DNA of 42,813 bases from an uncultured Gammaproteobacteria bacterium (lineage in GTDB: Bacteria; Pseudomonadota; Gammaproteobacteria; UBA6002): the NCBI GenBank assembly GCA_963705725.1, contig CAVPKM010000008.1, forward strand, positions 1 through 42,813, in the 5' to 3' direction. Below are positions 12,301 to 21,695 of this stretch, piece by piece. How positions within the stretch are numbered: position 1 is the stretch's first letter; every line of letters begins with the position of its first letter. The notes beneath the pieces were generated by a model. The model worked only from the letters and a program-made list of their open reading frames with translations. It had not been told where the DNA came from and did no database searches. Position numbers and translations under genes: made by a program.

Positions 12301-13035
12301 GGGGGAGGAGCTACTGGGACATTGTAAGGATACATTATGGGAGAACGGCCGCACTTGTATCTTACTTTTCTTTAATTCCAAAGTCTCACTCCAATAATAT
12401 TCGGTCATTAGATTCTCGCCACGCACTTAGTTCTTTATGCATTTAAAAGAAAATCACGTGATACTCGTTTCACTTGACCCACAACACTTCAACGTTACAG
12501 AGCAATAGAACCTCTCACCGATTATTCAAGGTCCTAGGGGTTGGATATATTATAAATAATATTTTGGATATTGTAAAACAATTGGTATAGCTATATCTTG
12601 ACATAAGATTGTGTTACAACGCCTTTAAAAGTGGTTATGCATACTTCCAACTCGCCACCTATTCCTACTGTCCAACAGGATTATGGCAATGGGCTATCTG
12701 TCAGAGAGTATGAAGACCTTGCTCTTTACTTCATTGTTCTGAACTGATCACATTGCTTTGTGTGAGCAGCAGTGACGTCAAATTCGGTTGTCTAAATTTC
12801 TTCCCAGAGAGCGAGCCGGCCTCGTCAACGTTGTGAATACACTCGATGACGTAGTAAGTGAGAGGTCATGCTCCTGGCTACTATTTGAATTTTTCTTTCT
12901 CAATCTGAACCTCTACCGACCAACACCAGAAAACAACTTTCGTCACCAACATTGAGCAGCATCAGCACCATCACAGTCTTGTACCAATAACACTTTCCCA
13001 AACAATCAAACAAACTATTACACTCAGTCAAAGCA

Positions 13036-13690
13036 ATGGCTTCTTTCTCCCTCTCGTCGTTGTCCTTGAGCAATGGACCAGCCCCAACTCCCACTACCTC
13101 GACCCTTTCATCCACCTTCGAAATCTTTCCGAGGTTGCCAATCGAGCTCCGGAATATGATTTGGACGGCCGCGGCCATGGTGCCGGAGGTTATTAGTGTA
13201 AGTTTCTCTAAATTGCTCAAGATACTCTGAAACACTAGGCTTATGAGTTGCATGATGCTAATTACGTGGTCCTCTAGGTTGTGTTAAGAAGACGAGTCAA
13301 GGAATCATACGAAAAGCGCCATCAGGAACGAGCCTGCGGCGCCAGCAAGCAGATGGATTTCGATTATTATGCTATCACTTCGGGACCCATCGACCTTAAT
13401 GGTAATAAGATCCCTCAATCTACCATCAGAGCTGCCAACAAGGAATCCCGCGCAGCATATTTCAAGGTCAGATCATCGGAACTCTACATTCACAAACGCC
13501 ATAACGTCTATTTCAACCCAATTATCGACGTCCTCTACTTCTCCGATCTTTCTTCAATGTATTCACATCACATGAAACAACGATATCGTCGCAAAATGCC
13601 AATGCTCAAGGGTCTAGATGCTGCGACAAAAATCGCCTTTGATCCTGTTGCAGACAGCGATCGAATCGAGGAGTTGGGGGACGCCATTGT
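13036..13690 (+). CDS. 2EXR-domain fungal protein, 3'-truncated at the junction; intron 13198-13277
   Basis: FEIFPRLPIELRNMIW motif; phase-0 intron GTAAGT..CTAAT..TAG joins it to the 13278 frame containing NKESR..YFNPIIDVLYF; the frame then runs into foreign high-GC DNA. Confidence 0.82.
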
Positions 13691-14021
13691 GGCGCCGCAG
13701 GCCTTCAGGCCGACCGCGACCGCCTCGATGGCGCTGTGGCAGCCGAGCTTCACGATCACGTTGCGGATGTGGGTGCGGACCGTGTTCGGCGACTGATGCA
13801 GCTTGGCCGCGATGCCGCCGCGGTCCAGGCCGCTAACCATCAGGCTGAGGACCTGATGCTCCCGCGCCGTGCAGCTGCGTGATGAGCTGCCGGCGCCGGC
13901 TGGATCCGGGTACTCGGCGACCAGCTTGCTGACCAGTTCGGGCGGTAGCCAGCTGCCGCCGAGCACCGCGCCCGGACCGCGCTCAACCTGCTCGACAGAG
14001 GCGCTCTTGGCCACAAAGCCC
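13691..14021 (-). pseudogene. Fragment of a NarL/LuxR-family response regulator (end of receiver domain plus HTH), high GC
   Basis: GFVAKSASVEQV..VLGGSWLPPEL..TAREHQVLSLMVSGLDRGGIAAKLHQSPNTVRTHIRNVIVKLGCHSAIEAVAVGLKA; GC far above both flanks; both gene ends missing. Confidence 0.88.
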
Positions 14022-14286
14022 ATGCTTGCGCAGGAACCACACCATAGATTTTTCCAATATCATTTCTTGGAATAAGTGGATCAAAGTTTAGCGGTTGAAA
14101 AGTTAACACATAGCCCGTATGCGTTTGACTACTACTATAATTAATCGCAGTTAAGCCTATAGTTGGGCCACCGTAAAGCATGGGAACATTAACGCCAAAT
14201 AATGCTGCGCCTGTTGGCAACGCCGCTTTAACCTGGATATTCATACACATGAATAATATGATCAGCAGATATCGATATTTTTTCAC
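14015..14286 (-). CDS. Second Lpg1974/MOMP-family outer-membrane protein, only the N-terminal ~90 aa present
   Basis: Signal peptide then AALPTG..VP..YGG..IGLT, matching AALPTG..VPSYCGGFTFGLT of the adjacent paralogue; cut at the position of the W-G-F motif. Confidence 0.75.
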
Positions 14287-14328
14287 TAATCCAAATATAC
14301 CCTTCGTGACAGAAAACTAGTTGATAAA

Positions 14329-14354
14329 AAAAACGCGCTGATTAGCGCGTTTTT
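14329..14354 (-). terminator. Rho-independent terminator
   Basis: AAAAACGCGCT-GATT-AGCGCGTTTTT hairpin with A/T tracts just downstream of the 14369 stop. Confidence 0.85.
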
Positions 14355-14368
14355 ATTTCTCTTTTTAA

Positions 14369-15775
14369 TTAGAGGGCAACTTGAAGGCTGATATAAGGAC
14401 CATCAAAGCTAACATCATAGGTATTACGTGTATGATGTGCTACTGAGGTAAATGCCGCTAAATCATGCTCTCTATCCAATGCATTGAAGTAGTGGCTAAC
14501 CAGATAACCCGCTTCAATGGTTACCTTAGAACGTGAGCAATTACAGAATTGATAGGTCCAGTCAAGCGCTAATTTCGCGTCTAGATTTGGCACAACCCGA
14601 GTTTCATCTGGATGATGGAAGGAGATGACAGATAACGTGGGATCAAACGCAATTCCAATTGGCGTACCAAAGGCAGGACTTGCTGCTGTGATAGTTTCGC
14701 CTAGAAAAATTGTGCTTCCGATTGGGTCTATGAGTGCTCCACCACCCAATAAGGTAACAGTTCCCGTGCCATCGAAGCGCTCTGCAAATGAGTTCTTAGT
14801 TTCACCCACTAACAACGAAGCAGAGAGGCTACCCACTACACCAAAACCCCCACCAAGATGATAGCTAGAATCAATACCAAAACGAGGACCGACACCGTCA
14901 AAATCCGAACTGACTTTGACAAAATCATGGACGATTGCATTCACATTTAACTGAGGAATGAGATCAGCGAGAGTTGAACCTCCTACTATTGGAACAATCA
15001 CACCCCCAACTGTTGTGGTGGCAGGAACATCAAACGCAAAACCCGCACGCTGATCATTAACCACGGCAGTGGTTCGAAGTTTAAAATTATGTTCCAAACG
15101 CGTATAGCGCAACCCAGCAAGAAAACGCAAACGGAAATTGCAACCGACATTTATCGTTTGTCCAAAATCAAGATCCCATGTGTGATTTTCAACATCAGAA
15201 TTTGCCGAAATCTCGGTAATATCGGTGACCTCAATTGGAATGATTAGCTCACTAATCGGTCCTGCTGTAAAACCAACAGGCGCCGCCACCCCCAAGGAGG
15301 TTAATGCAACTGCAGTACCTGTCACGGTAATTGGACTTGCAAGGGTGAACGCAGCAGGAAATATGAGATCAAAAAAATCAAAATCTTCTAGAAACGTGGG
15401 AAGCGCATTGAAAGTGTTTCTGGCTGAGTCCTTTTCATTGTGATCCCAATGGGTGTAAGTTAAATTTACATCGTTACCAGAACAGGGGAAAACATAGCCA
15501 ATATTGGCCTTAAAGCCCCAATTATAATTGTGATCCACATAATGATGATGACCCTGATCGGTCGATGCACCATTTGGAAAATTTATTCCATATTCGAATT
15601 GTGGAGAAGAAGGCCTCCAATATAACCCTGTTAGACCAAAGGTAAAGCCACCACAGTAGGAAGGGACGCAAACATCACAACGTGACGATACGCCAGTAGG
15701 AAGAGCAGCCAATGAAGTCGTCGCATATCCTGCAAATAACACTCCAAGCCCTAGGATTAATTTCTTCATATTCAT
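14369..15775 (-). CDS. Lpg1974-family (Legionella MOMP-like) pore-forming outer-membrane protein
   Basis: Signal peptide; LYWRPS, NWGFKANIGY, WDLDFGQ, LRFLAGLRY, SDFDGVGPRFGID, VVPNLDAKL, EAGY..YFNA and terminal FDGPY beta-strand. Confidence 0.85.
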   Translation of the reverse strand: MNMKKLILGLGVLFAGYATTSLAALPTGVSSRCDVCVPSYCGGFTFGLTGLYWRPSSPQFEYGINFPNGASTDQGHHHYVDHNYNWGFKANIGYVFPCSGNDVNLTYTHWDHNEKDSARNTFNALPTFLEDFDFFDLIFPAAFTLASPITVTGTAVALTSLGVAAPVGFTAGPISELIIPIEVTDITEISANSDVENHTWDLDFGQTINVGCNFRLRFLAGLRYTRLEHNFKLRTTAVVNDQRAGFAFDVPATTTVGGVIVPIVGGSTLADLIPQLNVNAIVHDFVKVSSDFDGVGPRFGIDSSYHLGGGFGVVGSLSASLLVGETKNSFAERFDGTGTVTLLGGGALIDPIGSTIFLGETITAASPAFGTPIGIAFDPTLSVISFHHPDETRVVPNLDAKLALDWTYQFCNCSRSKVTIEAGYLVSHYFNALDREHDLAAFTSVAHHTRNTYDVSFDGPYISLQVAL

Positions 15776-15807
15776 TCCTTGTAAATTATTAGTTCCTTTA
15801 AAAATGG

Positions 15808-15906
15808 GCAGCTATTCAGCGCCTAGCTATAATGACTACAACATTCAGACTCGAGCTAAATTCGAATAAAAAATTTGCTGAAAAAAAACCAGGGCATACT
15901 TAAAGA
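15808..15906 (+). mobile_element. Left half of the palindromic MITE (diverged copy)
   Basis: GCAGCTATTCAGCGC resembles the TIR; AACATTCAGACTCGAGCTAAATTCGAATAAAAAATTT aligns with AACGTTCAGATTTTAGCTAGATTCGGACAAAAAATTT of the 24992 copy. Confidence 0.7.
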
Positions 15907-15925
15907 CCCCTTAAAGGGTCCTTAA
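15899..15925. promoter_or_regulatory. Three CTTAA repeats at 11-bp period, candidate OmpR-family (PmrA-like) site
   Basis: CTTAA at 15899, 15910 and 15921 in a divergent promoter region. Confidence 0.45.
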
Positions 15926-16006
15926 TGTAGCACAGGAAAAAAAAATAAAAAATAAAAAACTATACTTTACCGCTATGCACTAAATTAAAAGGGAAGGGAG
16001 AAAATC

Positions 16007-16984
16007 ATGAAGGCAATCATCTATTCGCACCACGGCGGTCCTGAAGTACTTCGCCCACAAGATGTTGCAAAACCCCAACCTGGTACTCATGAACTTTTAT
16101 TACGTGTTCATGCAACTACCGTCAACCGCCTGGATATTAACCATCGCCGCGGACTGTTACACAGTGAACCCTCTCCAGAAATTCTTGGGTTTGAAGTTGC
16201 AGGTGAAGTCATCTCTAAAGGAAAAAACACCTCACGTTTTAACAAAGGGGCTCGCGTTTTCGGGCTGGTTAATGGGGGAGCTTATGCAGAATATTGTGTC
16301 ATAGATGAAAAATTAGCCTTACCCATTCCTGATCACTGGAGTTATGAATATGCAACCGCCATTCCTAAAAATTTTATTACCGCAGATGAGACACTTTTTA
16401 CTCAAGGTGACTTACTAAAAGGTGAAAGTGTACTTATTCACGCTGGAGGAAGCGGCGTAGGCACAGCAAGCATTCAGCTGGCCAATTATATCGGAGCAAA
16501 AATTTTTATTACAGCAGGGGCAGAAGACAAAATTGCTAAGGCGCTTGAAATTGGGGCACACACAGGTATCAATTACCAGACCCATGATTTTGCTTACCAT
16601 ATTCAAACATTAACACAAAACGAAGGGGTAGATCTCATTCAAGATTTTATCGGCGCCAAATATTTAGTGCGTAATATTAATTGCTTAAAAGAAGGAGGTC
16701 GCTTAGTGCTTGTTTCATTGTTAGATGGCACTCGTGGAGAGATCAATCTATCTCAAATACTTGCCAAAAAATTGCAAATTATAGGCAGCGCGATGGAGTT
16801 ACAATCTCTAGCAGACAAACGCGCCATGACTCAACGGTTTGAAAAAAAATGGCTACCAGTTATTATGGAAGGACATATCAAACCCATTATCGATTATGTT
16901 TTCCCTTGGGAAATGATACAAGATGCGCATAAGCACATGGAAGCCAATCGAAATTTTGGAAAAATTGTATTAAAGGTAAAATAG
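16007..16984 (+). CDS. NAD(P)H-quinone oxidoreductase, PIG3/MDR family
   Basis: GGPEVL, LGFEVAGEV, GGAYAEY, GESVLIHAGGSGVGTASIQLA, AHKHMEANRNFGKIVL. Confidence 0.92.
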   Translation: MKAIIYSHHGGPEVLRPQDVAKPQPGTHELLLRVHATTVNRLDINHRRGLLHSEPSPEILGFEVAGEVISKGKNTSRFNKGARVFGLVNGGAYAEYCVIDEKLALPIPDHWSYEYATAIPKNFITADETLFTQGDLLKGESVLIHAGGSGVGTASIQLANYIGAKIFITAGAEDKIAKALEIGAHTGINYQTHDFAYHIQTLTQNEGVDLIQDFIGAKYLVRNINCLKEGGRLVLVSLLDGTRGEINLSQILAKKLQIIGSAMELQSLADKRAMTQRFEKKWLPVIMEGHIKPIIDYVFPWEMIQDAHKHMEANRNFGKIVLKVK

Positions 16985-16987
16985 CTG

Positions 16988-17554
16988 TTAGGCCTTAGGC
17001 AAGGTGACACCCTTTTGTCCTTGATATTTTCCATCTCGATCTTTATAGGAGATTTCACATACTTCGTCGGATTCGAAAAACACCATTTGCGCCACGCCTT
17101 CATTTGCATAAACACGTGCTGGCAAATTTGTTGTATTCGAAATCTCCAAAGTCACATGCCCTTCCCATTCAGGCTCTAACGGCGTCACATTAACAATAAG
17201 GCCACATCTTGCATAAGTCGATTTCCCCAAGCAAATTGTTAACACATTTCTTGGGATTCTAAAATATTCCACCGTTCTCGTTAAAACAAAGGAATTGGGT
17301 GGAATAATACAAACGCTTGACTGTACTTCGAAAAAACTATTCTCATCAAATGCCTTCGGATCAACAATTGTTGAGTGGAGGTTAGTAAACACTTTAAACT
17401 CATTAGCACATCTTACATCGTAACCATAACTTGATGTACCAAAAGAGACCACCCTTTCCCCTTCATTATGCTTTACCTGATTTTTTTCAAAAGGTTCGAT
17501 CATTTTATGTGCTTCAGCCATTCGCCGAATCCATTTATCAGATTTTATTGCCAT
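16988..17554 (-). CDS. dcd: dCTP deaminase
   Basis: [46 protein letters not shown]. Confidence 0.97.
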   Translation of the reverse strand: MAIKSDKWIRRMAEAHKMIEPFEKNQVKHNEGERVVSFGTSSYGYDVRCANEFKVFTNLHSTIVDPKAFDENSFFEVQSSVCIIPPNSFVLTRTVEYFRIPRNVLTICLGKSTYARCGLIVNVTPLEPEWEGHVTLEISNTTNLPARVYANEGVAQMVFFESDEVCEISYKDRDGKYQGQKGVTLPKA

Positions 17555-17581
17555 ATTTCTGCCTTAATTAATTATTTATTC

Positions 17582-17618
17582 GTAACTTTCAGCGCGTAGT
17601 TGAGGGGGTAATCGTTAC
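17582..17618. mobile_element. Collapsed (37-bp) MITE copy with 8-bp target-site duplication
   Basis: GTAACTTTCAGCGC...AATCGTTAC flanked by ATTTATTC at 17574-17581 and 17619-17626. Confidence 0.75.
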
Positions 17619-17620
17619 AT

Positions 17621-18727
17621 TTATTCTATAACAATATTTGGAAATGCGCTCTCATAGTTTCTTGCCTGTAAGCTTAATTTAGCTGCAAGCTTTTTTGCAA
17701 TGTGACGATACTCGCAAGCGATACGACTTCGTGGGTCGGCAATCACTGTTGGGCATCCGCTATCGGCTTGTTCCCTAATAGTTTTAGCGAGCGGAAGCTG
17801 TCCAAATAATGATATCCCATATTCTTTTGCAATATTTTCTCCCCCTCCTACGCCAAAAACAGTATCTTCATGTCCACACTGGCTGCAAATATGAACACTC
17901 ATATTTTCTACCACACCTAACACCGGAATGTTAACTTTACGGAACATTTCTATACCCTTACGTGCGTCTAAAAGCGCAATGTCTTGAGGTGTAGTAACAA
18001 TCACTGCCCCACAAACTGGAATTTTTTGAGCAAGCGTGAGTGGTACATCGCCAGTTCCTGGAGGCATATCAATGAACAGATAATCTAATGGCTGCCACTC
18101 CGTATCATTTAACAATTGCAACAAAGCACTCGTCACCATGGGTCCACGCCAAACAACGGGAGTAATTTTATCAATTAGATAACCAATGGACATGGATTGA
18201 ATCCCATGGCACAGAATAGGTTTCATTTTTTTTTGATCAGTCATTTCAAGCGCTTGATCTGCTCCTAGCATCTGTGGTTGATTCGGTCCATAAATGTCCG
18301 CATCCAAAATTCCTACTTTGGCACCCTCGCCAGCCAAGGCAAGCGCCAAATTCACTGTCACAGTAGATTTTCCTACTCCTCCCTTACCAGAGGCCACCGC
18401 AATAATATTTTTAATCGACTTAACCTGCCGAATACCAGGTTGAACCGCACGGGCTTCAATTTTCCAATTGATAGAGATTTCAAATAAAAAATCAGGGAAA
18501 ACTGCCCGCAGCAACTGCTTAACGGCTTCTTCTTTTTGCTGTTTATTACTAAAAGGATAGCCTAATAAAATTTCAATTCTCACCTGTTGTTCATTGATCG
18601 CAATGTGAATCTTTGCCTTTGCCTGATAAAAGTCGACCTGCAAGTCGGGATCTATATAATCTTTTAAGACATGATTAATTTGATTTTCTGATACCACAAA
18701 CCTCTCCCAGATTTCTGCTGCGCGCAC
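17621..18727 (-). CDS. apbC: Iron-sulfur cluster carrier ATPase Mrp/ApbC (true start may be ~30 nt downstream)
   Basis: IAVASGKGGVGKST, LDADIYGP, WRGPM, DMPPGTGD, GVVENMS..CSQCG. Confidence 0.95.
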   Translation of the reverse strand: MRAAEIWERFVVSENQINHVLKDYIDPDLQVDFYQAKAKIHIAINEQQVRIEILLGYPFSNKQQKEEAVKQLLRAVFPDFLFEISINWKIEARAVQPGIRQVKSIKNIIAVASGKGGVGKSTVTVNLALALAGEGAKVGILDADIYGPNQPQMLGADQALEMTDQKKMKPILCHGIQSMSIGYLIDKITPVVWRGPMVTSALLQLLNDTEWQPLDYLFIDMPPGTGDVPLTLAQKIPVCGAVIVTTPQDIALLDARKGIEMFRKVNIPVLGVVENMSVHICSQCGHEDTVFGVGGGENIAKEYGISLFGQLPLAKTIREQADSGCPTVIADPRSRIACEYRHIAKKLAAKLSLQARNYESAFPNIVIE

Positions 18728-18783
18728 TATCCCAAATGGTGATATACTCTTCGCATTAAATAATATTTACATAGGCTTAAATA

Positions 18784-20424
18784 ATGAAAAACATGCTGGT
18801 TACTACTGCACTACCCTATGCGAATGGTCCGATTCATCTTGGTCATCTTGTTGAACACATCCAAGCGGACATTTGGGTTCGTTTTCATCGCCTCCAACAA
18901 AAAACCCGTTGTTTTTTTATTTGTGGTGATGATGCACATGGTACGCCAATTATGATCAGCGCAAAAAATCAAAATATATCGCCTGAAGCCTTAATTGAAA
19001 AAATTCATCATGACCATTATGAAGATTTTCAAGCTTTCTTAATTAGCTTTGATCATTATTACACCACTCACTCTCCAGAGAATAAAGAATTTTCAACATT
19101 AATCTATGAGCGCTTGAAAGCTCGAGGGAATATTACCACCCGCACCATTAAACAAGCCTTTGATCCCATTGAACAAATTTTTTTGCCTGATCGCTATGTT
19201 AAAGGCGATTGCCCGCATTGTGGCGCTAAAGATCAATATGGAGATAATTGCGAAGCCTGTGGCGCTACCTATGCTCCTTCTGATCTGAAAAATGCCATTT
19301 CTGTTTTATCGGGGGCGCCACCCATTGAAAAAGAATCTTTACATTATTTTCTTAAACTTGATGATTACGAAGCGATGCTGAAAGAGTGGCTGCAAAATAA
19401 TCGTGTTCAAAAACAAATTCAAAATAAATTGGCAGAATGGTTTGTTGAAGGATTGCAGGAATGGGATATATCACGAGATGCTCCTTATTTTGGTTTTGAA
19501 ATACCTGATGCTCCTTCGAAATATTTTTATGTGTGGCTCGATGCACCTATCGGCTATATGGCAATCTTCAAATCATTGTGTCAACTACACCCTTCTATTC
19601 ATTTTGAAGACTATTGGGAAGAAAATGCATCTAGCGAATTGATTCATTTTATTGGTAAAGACATCATTTATTTCCATGCGCTTTTTTGGCCCGCCATGTT
19701 AGCTGGCAGTGGATTTCGCTTGCCAACTGCCATTTATGCTCATGGTTTTTTGACAGTTAATGGGCAAAAAATGTCAAAATCAAGGGGTACATTTATCACT
19801 GCTAAGCAATATCTTTCTTGCTTAAATCCCGAATATCTTAGGTATTTCTATGCAACAAAACTTGGGAGCGGAATTGAAGATATTGATCTAAATTTTGCAG
19901 ATTTTTGCCAGCGCGTTAATGCTGACTTAATAGGGAAGGTAGTGAATATTGCAAGTCGTTGCGCGGGTTTTATTTCCAAATATTTTAACAACCGGCTAGC
20001 AAATGAACTGGCAAATAAGGACTTATTTAATCATTTCAGCCAAACAGGGGATAAAATTGCAAAGCTTTATCTAAATCGTGAATATAACCAAGCAACCCGA
20101 GAAATAATGGGGTTAGCGGATTTAGCCAACCAATATATTGATGAAATGAAACCTTGGTCACTTGCCAAAGAAAAAGATAACTTAGCAGCAGTACATCTCA
20201 TTTGCACGCAAGGCATTAATTTATTTTACCAATTAATAATTTATTTGAAACCAATTTTGCCTGATACAGCTAAGCGCACAGAACTATTTCTCAAACAAGA
20301 TAATTTAATGTGGGAAGATAGCAAGCAGCCTCTTTTAGACCAAGAAATTGCAGTTTTCCAACCACTAATGCAAAGGGTTGAACTCGAAAAAATATTAGAA
20401 ACTCTGAAAAGTGAAAATGTCTAG
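18784..20424 (+). CDS. metG: Methionine--tRNA ligase (short form without C-terminal tRNA-binding domain)
   Basis: [21 protein letters not shown] zinc knuckles, [16 protein letters not shown]; 546 aa. Confidence 0.97.
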   Translation: MKNMLVTTALPYANGPIHLGHLVEHIQADIWVRFHRLQQKTRCFFICGDDAHGTPIMISAKNQNISPEALIEKIHHDHYEDFQAFLISFDHYYTTHSPENKEFSTLIYERLKARGNITTRTIKQAFDPIEQIFLPDRYVKGDCPHCGAKDQYGDNCEACGATYAPSDLKNAISVLSGAPPIEKESLHYFLKLDDYEAMLKEWLQNNRVQKQIQNKLAEWFVEGLQEWDISRDAPYFGFEIPDAPSKYFYVWLDAPIGYMAIFKSLCQLHPSIHFEDYWEENASSELIHFIGKDIIYFHALFWPAMLAGSGFRLPTAIYAHGFLTVNGQKMSKSRGTFITAKQYLSCLNPEYLRYFYATKLGSGIEDIDLNFADFCQRVNADLIGKVVNIASRCAGFISKYFNNRLANELANKDLFNHFSQTGDKIAKLYLNREYNQATREIMGLADLANQYIDEMKPWSLAKEKDNLAAVHLICTQGINLFYQLIIYLKPILPDTAKRTELFLKQDNLMWEDSKQPLLDQEIAVFQPLMQRVELEKILETLKSENV

Positions 20425-21052
20425 TAGCGACTCACCATATTCATCTGATTTAATTGAGGAACTCGATCAGCTGCTACCACAAACTCAATGTGGTTTATGT
20501 AGCTATGGCGCGTGCCATCCGTACGCACAAGCGCTAGCAGCTGGAATGACAAATATTAATCAATGTCCGCCCGGTGGAGTAACAACGCTACGCGCCATAG
20601 CTAAAACGCTAGGCAAAGATCCCACCCCTTTTTTAGAGGAGATGGCAGCTAAAGAAAAAAAACCTAGTGTTGCAATGATTCGAGAAGACGAATGCATTGG
20701 ATGCACGAAGTGTATTCAAGCTTGTCCTGTCGATGCTATCATCGGTGCGGCCAAGCAAATGCATACGGTGATTACGAATGAATGCACAGGTTGCGAGCTT
20801 TGCATTGAACCTTGCCCAGTAGATTGCATTGAGATGTGGCCAACTTCCACACTAAATGCATCAGAACAAAAAGAAAAAGCAGATAAAGCGCGAAAAAGAT
20901 ATCAAGCAAAACAAATACGAAATGCAAAAATATTGACTGAGAAAGCATTTTCTACCTGTAATAATCAGAAAAAAAATAGTATTAATGCCAGAAAACTTGC
21001 GATTCGTGAAGCGATAACTAGAGTTGAAGAAAAAAAGGAGAATCGCAGTTGA
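20417..21052 (+). CDS. rsxB: RnfB/RsxB-type electron transport subunit (ferredoxin-like)
   Basis: [50 protein letters not shown]; adjacent to nth. Confidence 0.92.
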   Translation: MSSSDSPYSSDLIEELDQLLPQTQCGLCSYGACHPYAQALAAGMTNINQCPPGGVTTLRAIAKTLGKDPTPFLEEMAAKEKKPSVAMIREDECIGCTKCIQACPVDAIIGAAKQMHTVITNECTGCELCIEPCPVDCIEMWPTSTLNASEQKEKADKARKRYQAKQIRNAKILTEKAFSTCNNQKKNSINARKLAIREAITRVEEKKENRS

Positions 21053-21681
21053 ATGCTAAAAAAATTTTAGCCCTATTCCAGCGCTTTAAGGCACACAACC
21101 CCTCCCCAGCAACAGAACTTATTTATCATTCCGAATTTGAATTACTGATCGCTGTTATGCTCTCTGCACAAGCCACTGACCGTAGCGTGAACAAAGCCAC
21201 CAAGAAGCTATTCACTATCGCGAATACCCCTGAAAAAATGTGTGCTTTGGGTGAAGAAGGATTAAAATCCTACATAAAAAGCATCGGACTTTTCAATACA
21301 AAAGCAAAAAACATTATTAAAACTTGTCAAATTTTAATTGCATCCTTTCATTCTCAAGTACCTAACCAGCGAGATGCACTGGAATCTCTACCCGGAGTAG
21401 GCAGAAAAACGGCAAATGTTTTATTAAACACCGCCTTTGGCGAAGCAACGATTGCTGTTGATACACATATTTTTCGAGTAGCTAATCGCACCAAGCTTGC
21501 AACAGGAAGCACTCCCTTAGCTGTCGAAAAAAAACTTTGCAAAGTGGTGCCAAAAGAATTTATTCACGACGCGCATCACTGGTTGATTTTGCATGGCAGA
21601 TATATTTGTATCGCTAAAAAGCCCCGATGCAAAATTTGTTATATCAATGATCTTTGCGAATACGATCAAAAAATTTTGTAA
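21049..21681 (+). CDS. nth: Endonuclease III
   Basis: [26 protein letters not shown] (HhH), VDTHIFRV, C-x6-C-x2-C-x5-C Fe-S motif. Confidence 0.97.
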   Translation: MNAKKILALFQRFKAHNPSPATELIYHSEFELLIAVMLSAQATDRSVNKATKKLFTIANTPEKMCALGEEGLKSYIKSIGLFNTKAKNIIKTCQILIASFHSQVPNQRDALESLPGVGRKTANVLLNTAFGEATIAVDTHIFRVANRTKLATGSTPLAVEKKLCKVVPKEFIHDAHHWLILHGRYICIAKKPRCKICYINDLCEYDQKIL

Positions 21682-21695
21682 GCGCGCTCAAAATC

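Larger units (their letters stand above)
1..13690. other. Fungal (filamentous ascomycete) genomic segment
   Basis: Low gene density; GT-AG introns with CTRAY branch sites; fungal-type families (HET, DUF3431, 2EXR); RIP-like TpA-rich patch. Confidence 0.93.

Noticed and set aside
13281-14286. ORFs 13281-13796, 13568-14023 and 13840-14286 as novel fusion proteins
   Set aside because: They read through the chimeric joins; their tails are antisense or off-frame translations of foreign DNA.
15900-15925. Imperfect hairpin as a terminator
   Set aside because: It lies between divergent genes with no adjacent U-tract; better explained as 11-bp-period direct repeats.
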